This document shows positions 1-7,390 of a stretch of 7,751 nt of DNA, one piece after another. A program made the translations under genes and the position numbers. The stretch spans positions 1 through 7,751 of the forward strand of contig NW_021828810.1 of the NCBI RefSeq assembly GCF_006345805.1, read 5' to 3'. This DNA comes from Octopus sinensis. Lineage: Eukaryota. Numbering within the stretch: the first letter of the stretch is position 1; every line of letters starts with the position of its first letter. The notes under the pieces are model-generated. The model ran no database searches and was not told the origin of the DNA. It worked only from the letters and a program-made list of their open reading frames with translations.

Positions 1-154
1 CCAGTGGTGTCGCAACTCATTTCTACAGCTGAGCTAACTGGAGCAACGGAAAGAAAGTGTCTTGCTCAAGAACACAACACACAGCCCGGTCCTGAAATCG
101 AACTCACAGCCTCACGATTGTAAGCTCGACGCTCTAACCACTGAGCCATGCGCC
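1..154 (-). mobile_element. tRNA-derived SINE, 5' part (runs off the window's left edge), CORE-SINE-like
   Basis: The minus strand reads GGCGCATGGCTCAGTGGTTAGAGC...GTGAGTTCGATTTCAGGACC, with Pol III A box TGGCTCAGTGG and B box GAGTTCGATTTC. It continues with GTGTTCTTGAGCAAGACACTT, similar to the start of the CORE domain (MIR GTGACCTTGGGCAAGTCACTT). There is no tRNA 3' acceptor strand; the sequence continues into a SINE body. Confidence 0.8.
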
Positions 155-874
155 TTCACACACACTCATTTACAAAGGTTGCTAATTATCCGTAATGAAC
201 TTTCAGTTTTCTTTTTATTTTGCTATTGGCGGGAAAATTGGTTGTGTGGAGTTCACTAAGAGTTGTCTCCACCTAGTCACAGTCCAATAAAGAGCTGTTA
301 GTTCTATAACTGTAGCGGATTCACCTTCAGTTTGCTCCCCAAAAAAGAGTGTTGTTCAATAAATCGTTTTCTGTGGGCTAAACGAAGATCAGCAGACTGA
401 AACCACCGATGGTTCTCTGTACAGCATTCGAATAGTGTTTAGCCAGTAACTACTATCAATGAATGGTTTGAAATATTCAAAACAGCCAAAACACGGGTCA
501 CGGAGCAACAAGCAGTCGAACACACGATTACCTCTTATGCCAACGGGGACATTAAATTAATAGATGAGCTTACAGCTGTTTCGTAGTCTCGAATACTTTA
601 CTTTGCAGCAATCATTCTGCACCCTGATTTCAAACATCACCAAATTCATCTTGAGGTCCATAAATAAAATACCAGCTTTATACTGGTGTCGTTTCTTCTG
701 TTACAACATTTTTCCTTTCTTTTTGTTTCTTTTTCTGCTTCTGGAAGAAATCGACTGTGGACAGATCTGGAGATGGATGGGCCCCACCAGATCTAAAAAT
801 ACTCAATACACAACAATGACCCTACAATTTCGTCAATGACTGATGGGCCTGTAATATAAATTATGGCCCTATAG

Positions 875-911
875 TAATAATACTATGGACTTATGGACCA
901 TAGTATTATTA
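875..911. other. Perfect 14-bp inverted repeat (hairpin/cruciform), 9-nt loop
   Basis: TAATAATACTATGG (875-888) and CCATAGTATTATTA (898-911) are exact reverse complements. Confidence 0.85.
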
Positions 912-1187
912 TGTTAGTTTCGGGTTTTGTGTAATGTGTCTTGTACTTTGTTTTAAGGGTTTTTTGATAATGCCTTCGTTTTTCAATATCTATAAAGCTG
1001 AAATGCGAAAACGTTGTTTGATTTCTTGGTTAGTTGTCTCATTTTGAGATGGGGACGGTTTAAGGGGCCGTAGATGGGGTCGGATAGGCGCTAAAATGTA
1101 CACTGGGGGTAAAATGGGGTGGGCAATGGTGTGAGAAAGGTTGCAAGTCGCTCGGGGCTACCGTTTGGTTGCCATGGTGAGGAATAT

Positions 1188-1336
1188 GGGAAAAGGAGAA
1201 AAGAGTGGAAGAAGAGAAAGAAGAAAAAGAAGATAAAATCGAAGAAAAAATTTTTAAAATAAGAAAAAGAATAAGAAGAGGGCAATAAAAAGAACCAGAC
1301 AAAGAAGACGAAGAAAAGAAGAAAGGGAAAAGGAGA
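1188..1336 (+). repeat. Purine-rich (GA/A-rich) low-complexity tract
   Basis: The + strand is strongly A/G-dominated (GAAAAGGAGAAAAGAGTGGAAGAAGAGAAAGAAG...). This explains the F/L/S-rich antisense ORFs in the track. Confidence 0.8.
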
Positions 1337-1425
1337 CAACAGGCACAAAACAACAACAGCAGCAAAACCCGAGCGAAGCAAGGGTCAAAATAGCTTGTCT
1401 AATAGTATATTTTGATTCGTGTAAT

Positions 1426-1753
1426 ACATTTTGTGTATGTGGAGGCATATGGCCTAGTGGTTAGAGCAGCAGACTCGTGGTCGAGGGATCAGGGGTTCGA
1501 ATCTCAGACCGAGTGATGTGTGTGTTTATGAGCGAAAACACCTAAGCCGCACGCGGCTCCGGCAGAAGGTAATGGCAAACTTCTGCTGACTTTTTCGCCA
1601 CAACTTTCTCTCACTCTTTCCTCCTGCATCTTGCAGCTCACCTGCGACGGACCGGCGTCCCGTCCAGGTGGGGAACCTATACGCCAAGGAAACCGGGAAA
1701 CCGGTCCTTATGAGCCACGCATGGCTCGAGAATGAACAAACATTTTGTGTATG
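1426..1753 (+). repeat. 14-bp target-site duplication ACATTTTGTGTATG (1426-1439 and 1740-1753)
   Basis: Identical 14-mers immediately bracket the SINE. Confidence 0.9.
1440..1739 (+). mobile_element. Full-length (~300 bp) tRNA-derived SINE with target-site duplication
   Basis: A box TGGCCTAGTGG (1450-1460), B box GGTTCGAATCT (1494-1504), CORE-like GTGTTTATGAGCGAAAACAC (1522-1541), and an A/C-rich tail GAGAATGAACAA. Flanked by a perfect 14-bp direct repeat ACATTTTGTGTATG. Confidence 0.9.
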
Positions 1754-2589
1754 GCTTGTATATTTAATGGGTGTAGTGTATCTGTATTCATTGCGTTGTA
1801 TTATGTCTTTATTGATCTGTAGCTTGATCTATCCGTTTGTTGATTAGTAAATTGGGGCTTCGATTTACGAATTTAATTCGTTTCTGAAGGCCGTTTCATA
1901 AACCGAAACTATATCCCCCCCTCCAAGGAAATTCAAGTGAAGGTACAGTGAATTCGACCACGGATGCGCACTGAGCGAAAGCAACTGACGTTCTCTCGCT
2001 GATACTCTCAACTTGCATCAACCGTTGTTGCCGGATTGCGTGTTCATTATTCGAGACACCGTTCGTCATCCCAAGACATTTTATGTTCGAAAAATTGTTC
2101 ATAAACCAAGGTTCAATTGTATCTGTTTTATTCCGTGAACGGACTTCTTTATATAATGAACTAGTTGAAATTCTTATGAAATTGACCAAATTCACACAGC
2201 AGGCAAAGAATTACGAGATTTCAATATATTGTTTGTAGAATGTTCTTGCGGTGATGTCTAGATGGTTTATAAGATTAAAACAAATACTTAACACCTTTTA
2301 AAACCTATGTACTTATTGTGTACACACCATAACAAATATTCTACGCAGTCCAATTTTTATTGATATATCTGACTGTCCTCTGACACACCGCACATGGCGT
2401 TTTTTCAAATCAATTACCGAAGCTTATCCACATTCATAGCCGCCATATTGTCTTTCATTCACATACTTTCAATTAATTACATAACAACTAAATTAAAACT
2501 AATTAAAAAGAAAACCAATTAGATCAGTTACAGAGTAGTCGATAATGATAATTCGTTGAAATTGTAAGAATAATTTGAATAGAATTGAC

Positions 2590-2852
2590 TTTTTTTTAAA
2601 TCGGTTGTTTGTAAACAGGAAGTGACAACTATTCTCGTTTCAGCTCATCATGAAAATATCAAGCTTCCAGTATTGCTTTGCATTAAATTACGTCTCATTT
2701 TTATGGCACAATTCGCCAGATTTTTTTTTTTAAATCGGGCCAAGTATTATGCAATTAATCGAAATTAACTTCATTTGCATATGCCAGTAAGCGATCAATT
2801 TTATTCAGAATTGATGTTTAATGTTTCGATTCTTTGAAATTTTATGCAATTA
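2590..2852. promoter_or_regulatory. Putative enhancer-like cluster of TF motifs
   Basis: GTAAACAGGAAGT (2611-2623; forkhead+ETS composite), octamer ATTTGCAT (2773-2780), and TTATGCAATTA twice (2747-2757, 2842-2852). Motif match only; no functional evidence. Confidence 0.3.
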
Positions 2853-2898
2853 TCCGGGCTGCAAAAAGGAAAACTTGACGGTATGCGCACGCGCGCAC

Positions 2899-2901
<3 letters not shown>

Positions 2902-2952
<51 letters not shown>

Positions 2953-2964
2953 TATATATATATA
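2902..2964. repeat. (TA)n microsatellite, one interruption
   Basis: Direct reading of the sequence. Confidence 0.95.
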
Positions 2965-3307
2965 ATAGAAATATTAAAATTACTAAGTCTCTCTAAAGAG
3001 AACAACGGCAGCGTTCCCGGAAAATAATAGTTATCGCCATACTAATATGGCATTCTTATAAAAATAAGAATAAAGCTGTCCGCTTATTAGCTCCATGAGG
3101 CCATCGCCTTAAGTTAGCTATATGATACACAAACTGTATCCATATAACCTTCGAACAAGGGAGGTCAGTCGCTCCACACTACTTGACCGGCAGCTACAGA
3201 CGCGTTTCGGGGTATTGCCCCTTTTCAATGCAGCGTAGCCAGACCAGTAGGTGTCGCTTCTGAGGTTTTATTTACCTAGCTTCGGTGGAATACATCCGCT
3301 TTTTTTC

Positions 3308-3308
<1 letters not shown>
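2965..3308 (-). mobile_element. Hammerhead-bearing non-coding cassette (Penelope-like pLTR remnant or retrozyme-like non-autonomous element)
   Basis: A ~345-bp complex, hairpin-rich segment containing a minimal hammerhead, bounded on both sides by (TA)n arrays. It has no ORF. The class is inferred from the known association of minimal type I hammerheads with Penelope-like elements. Confidence 0.5.
3193..3234 (-). ncRNA. Minimal type I hammerhead ribozyme (U3-A8 core variant)
   Basis: Minus strand: GCUGCA | UUGAAAA | GGGG-CAAUA-CCCC | GAA | ACGCGU | C^ | UGUAGC. Stem I is 6 bp (one G-U), stem II is 4 GC pairs, stem III is the palindrome ACGCGU, and the cleavage triplet is GUC (cut between 3199 and 3198). 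Confidence 0.82.
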
Positions 3309-3386
<78 letters not shown>

Positions 3387-3500
3387 CATATATATATATA
3401 CATACACATACATACACACACACGCACGCAAACATGTATATGTGCGTGTGAGAGTGTGGGTGCGTGCATATGTATGTATGTGTACGCGCCCGTACGTATG
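3309..3500. repeat. (TA)n array grading into (CATA)/(CA)/(TG) low-complexity repeats
   Basis: Direct reading; it generates the spurious IYIYIY and YIYI ORFs. Confidence 0.95.
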
Positions 3501-3582
3501 TAATTATTGGATGCTGTTTCAGTATATGAAATATTTATGTATTTATTTATATATTTATGTATTTCATTATTTGATGTTGTAG

Positions 3583-3951
3583 TCCCAATCCCTTGTTCAC
3601 TGCTATCAACAAAGGCAGTATGTATTATGGGTCCAGAAAGGACTCCTTTTCCACGTATATAGGACGGTTAATTTGGCAGAACTCAAGCCCTCCGTTATAC
3701 AGAAGAATCTGGAACACTGGAAATGTATCCCTATCGGTTACAAGACCGAATCAGGTGAAGTGAAGGCGGAGATAATTTTGCCATCTTTGTTTGCTGCAAT
3801 GCAGAATAATGGAATACAAATATCGACAAATGGTGAGTGGAATCTACTTCAGGAAGATCGAATAATTAATTTCTGTGAGGCAATAATCGAACTCTGCGAA
3901 ATAATAATCGATGCATTTCTCTACAGCTTACATATTCCAAATCCTAGATAA
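3583..3951 (+). CDS. Candidate exon/ORF of unknown product (122 sense codons)
   Basis: The frame is open from just after TTGATGTTGTAG (possible acceptor) to TAA at 3949-3951. AATAAA lies at 3975-3980, and there is an internal G|GTGAGT donor-like site after 3832. No recognisable domain. Confidence 0.2.
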   Translation, partial: SQSLVHCYQQRQYVLWVQKGLLFHVYRTVNLAELKPSVIQKNLEHWKCIPIGYKTESGEVKAEIILPSLFAAMQNNGIQISTNGEWNLLQEDRIINFCEAIIELCEIIIDAFLYSLHIPNPR

Positions 3952-3959
3952 GAATTTGA

Positions 3960-3979
3960 TTATTGATTATAATCAATAA
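3960..3979. other. Perfect 20-bp palindrome TTATTGATTATAATCAATAA
   Basis: Exact self-reverse-complement with no spacer; overlaps AATAAA at 3975-3980. Confidence 0.85.
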
Positions 3980-4237
3980 AGAGTTAGCTTGAGTAACCTA
4001 TGACCACAGTTTGGTCAAAAGCGAGTGTTTTCTCTTCATCCAATGAGTTATTATCTAATCTGAATTAAATATTCAAAGAAAGAGAGGTGGAGGGAGAGGA
4101 ACATTAACGAGTTAAAAGTGTTTTAAGAATTAACTTTGAAAGCCTTCAAACAGCATTAAACCTGGTTCGGACTGGTTGGGCCGTTAATCAAATTGTCTGC
4201 AAGTTTGTACTTGATTACCAAACTACCTCTCCTTTAA

Positions 4238-4780
4238 TTATAAACGAATCAATAATATTATGCAACACATTTCACTTCTCTCTCCCCCCTCTCCCTCCAT
4301 TCTGCCCCGTCTCTCTTCCATTTGTCTTTTCCTTTCCTCTTTCACCCAATTTATTATCTTCTCTGAGATGTCTTTCCCAGATCCTTTCCTCACGCTCATT
4401 ATAAGTGCTTCATGTAACACCTTCAGTTGTAGAGCAACACAGTTCATTCCTTCGTTTAGATCTAGAAATAATTTTAATGCAACATCACTTGTGAAACGTG
4501 TTTCGTTTCTCAACGACAGTAGAAAGCAACCCCGCGATAAAATGAAGTAGAGTCGCAAATAGAGAGGCATACAATGGTTATGGTAGCCTCTGTCATTGCT
4601 AACGATTGAAAACTTCAAGATTGTGTTTCTACAACGCTGTATGTTGAACAAGAGAGACGAAATGTTCTCATCATGCCCCAACGGAAAGAAACTTTTCAAG
4701 CATATCTCTGTTCCAATGGACTTCGAACTGCAAATCGGGGAAATGGTGCAGCAGGAGTTGTAAAACAGTTTGTCGAACAT
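4238..4780 (-). CDS. Uncharacterised 180-aa ORF (open 4813-4238), possible exon or decayed gene
   Basis: Longest ORF in the window and long for AT-rich DNA, although about 30 codons come from a purine tract. No recognisable homology. Confidence 0.28.
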   Translation of the reverse strand: MFDKLFYNSCCTISPICSSKSIGTEICLKSFFPLGHDENISSLLFNIQRCRNTILKFSIVSNDRGYHNHCMPLYLRLYFILSRGCFLLSLRNETRFTSDVALKLFLDLNEGMNCVALQLKVLHEALIMSVRKGSGKDISEKIINWVKEERKRQMEERRGRMEGEGGERSEMCCIILLIRL

Positions 4781-5039
4781 TGAAATATAGTTGTGTAATG
4801 CAGCTGATAAAACTCACAACCTACAGCCGACTCATGAGGTAACATGATTCTACTTGTAAAATAAAGTCGAACTCTATATACTCTTACTAACAAGTGAATC
4901 TATTTCTTATTCGTGTACTAAAGAGACACATAAACGTATTAAATGTATGCAAATATATACAAATATATACCAACATATATGCATACGTTTTACTCCTCCG
5001 GGATCGATTACAATAAACTACGTATCAAGTACTCGGATC

Positions 5040-5185
5040 TACTGAATTAGCACCCCTATAACTGGTCACGTGGTCATTTTATGTTCTCTGTCCTCACCCA
5101 GCTGATGTCTACTTTTCTTTCATCCTTCGTTGGTCGATAAAGAAAGCACTACTCAGATTCTGCGGCCACTGTAATAGATTGATAT
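5040..5185 (+). mobile_element. Old, diverged SINE fragment
   Basis: TCTACTTTTCTTTCATCCTTCGTTGGTCGATAAAGAAAG resembles the segment GTCGACTTTGCCTTTCATCCTTTCGGGGTCGATAAA that I recall from an abundant octopus SINE. This is recall-based and needs a RepeatMasker check. Confidence 0.35.
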
Positions 5186-5738
5186 TGGTGTCTCTCAGAC
5201 TTCCTCAAACGAGAAACCTCGGCTAAAAATCACCGACGAAACTTCATTGTGGCCCATGTGATTTCAGCATAGACGAGGGTATAAACCTCAACGGCCACAA
5301 TATTCTTGTGAAGAACGGTGACCCTGGGTATTTGTTAACTTTGAAGGACAGAATGGTAGAAACAATGACATTCAAAGCCTGTAAGTAACAGGATATGTAG
5401 CATAGCCGTTATTGTACCAGATGCAAGTTGATAGACGAAGGTGTAGTACGAATAATAAACAATGTACCGAACATTAAAATACCGCAATGTTAAGCAGGTT
5501 GTGAAAGCATGTCGACAGTGTGGTGGTAGTTTAATGGCGGTAGTTGTGTGCGATGTCTCAGACACAATACTTCATCATTTGTTTTGTGTATGTAAACATC
5601 GTCATGCTGTGAGGATTAGTTTAAACAACTGAACTATATTTACGTAGACGAAGCATATAATATCGCATACATCGCCCGCTGTGTGGTGCGTTGTGCTGTT
5701 AACCTCCGTCGTTTCTTTCAAAGCGAAACCACATTCTC

Positions 5739-5922
<184 letters not shown>

Positions 5923-6030
5923 TTACAGAATGAAAAAAAAACTCGTTACTCACATACTCTAATATTTTGGGAAAAAATATCAAAATCACAATATTTTAGC
6001 CCAAAGCAGTTTTCATGATTAAACTATAAA

Positions 6031-6062
6031 TACATACATACATACATACATACATACATACA
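6031..6062. repeat. (TACA)8 microsatellite
   Basis: Direct reading. Confidence 0.95.
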
Positions 6063-7184
6063 AATATGTGTGTATGTGTTCGGTATATGCAATTGCGGCA
6101 GTATTGCATGAAAATTGCTATCTATGTATCATACTTAAAGTATATAGACCGTTGACAGGATACTTAATATTGTATTTCTCTTCGGATTGCATCTCTTACG
6201 GTCGTGGTGAGTTAAAAACACATAAATATAGCAGGGAGACGAAAATTCGTCCCAGGTGTATTTACATTAAATAAGATACTTAGACCGATATATATATATG
6301 TCTGTATGTATGTATGCATGTTCATATATACCCGCACACAGTTGATTATGCTTAATGTAATACATAGTGTAATGCATATTTAATTAACATGTTCACGAGG
6401 ACGAGGTGTTGTTACATGATATTCATACATTCTCAGAAACATGTCAGAAACGTATCATGGTACCCTCAATATGACTAATGGAAAATTCTTCTGGGGAGAG
6501 TTCTGCTTACTAAATACAAGTAAGTACGTGTAGACTTTAACATATTCAGTTTAACGAAGTATATAAAAAAGAATACAAAAAATAGGGCAAGAACGCAACA
6601 GGCGACAACAAATAATCCAGACAGATGATACAAAAATGGGACAAGAAAAAACAAGGACGGGTCATTCGGAGTCTTCTTTCGTCTGTTGAGTTCCAGACTG
6701 TCTTTGCAGTTTCGGCTGGTTATACTCGAGTCTGCTCCAATCTGGTCAGCCCCAAGGAAAATCTAAGCTAAGAGCACTAGATTCCTTGGAAGGAAGCAGT
6801 GAATGTATACGAAAACAAGGACGTAAAAACAAAAAAGAGAAAAACGGAAGTATATGTCAGATCAAGCATAAATATCTGCTACTGGTGCCCCTTACCACAT
6901 TGATGGGCCATCGATGATCAAACTGACAGCTCCGCGCAGGTCTTTTTCTCAGATGAGGAGAAGACGCGAACATCCGTAGAACATCACTGCAACTATTTCC
7001 ATCGATTGATGAGGGTACTTTGCCATTGGAACCCTTGTGACGGTACGACCATGTCAGTCGCATATGACGATGGTCTACATCATTAGGCAGAACTAATCTT
7101 GGTTGTGATATAGAAGCGAAACAGTTGCATTTAACACTTGGTTGAAGAATATCTTCTTGTAGTTACTGTCCTATTTGAATATTT

Positions 7185-7359
7185 TGTTCTTTTTATTATT
7201 ATTTTAGTCATTTGACAACGGCCATACTGAGGCACCACCTTTAGTCCAGCAAATCGATCCCAGGACTTATTCTATCGGTATCTTTTGCCGAACCGCTAGT
7301 TTACGGGAACGTAAATGCACCAGCATCGGTTGTCAAACGATGGTGGCGTAAAAAACATG

Positions 7360-7390
<31 letters not shown>

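Noticed and set aside
62-259. 65-aa ORF
   Set aside because: Antisense to the SINE head; no coding signal.
572-582. Hammerhead-like GAAACAGCUGU-A stem III on the minus strand
   Set aside because: The upstream core is at best CUGCAAA (two mismatches) and stem I is not compatible with it; at most a dead remnant.
963-1017. Hammerhead-like TTGATAA...GAAAACGTTG on +
   Set aside because: Stem II does not pair at the junction and there is no stem I.
1060-1448. Three minus-strand F/L/S-rich ORFs (and an E/K-rich + frame)
   Set aside because: Products of the purine-rich low-complexity tract.
1441-1515. tRNA gene (also the heads at 85-154 and 7485-7556)
   Set aside because: A and B boxes are present, but there is no complete cloverleaf, acceptor stem or T-run terminator. 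Each continues into a SINE body, and one is TSD-flanked.
1884-1915. Hammerhead-like CTGAAGG...GAAACTATATC
   Set aside because: A9 is missing, stem III is not palindromic and there is no stem I.
1896-2195. 99-aa minus ORF (also 5335-5565, 6068-6274, 6857-7063, 564-839)
   Set aside because: Short, no recognisable domain or supporting gene structure; lengths are within chance expectation.
1902-2261. + frame interrupted mostly by TGA (five TGA, one TAA): possible recoding or alternative genetic code
   Set aside because: It still contains a TAA, has no recognisable homology or SECIS evidence, and sits among nuclear SINEs; compatible with chance.
3251-3469. IYIYIY / YIYI ORFs (also 5738-5989)
   Set aside because: Translations of (TA)n/(TAGA)n microsatellites.
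4088-4299. 12-bp inverted repeat TGGAGGGAGAGG / CCTCTCCCTCCA as MITE TIRs
   Set aside because: Both arms lie in GA/CT low-complexity tracts and there is no TSD.
6436-6445. GAAACATGTC (hammerhead stem III-like palindrome)
   Set aside because: No CUGANGA/UUGANAA core or stem I upstream.
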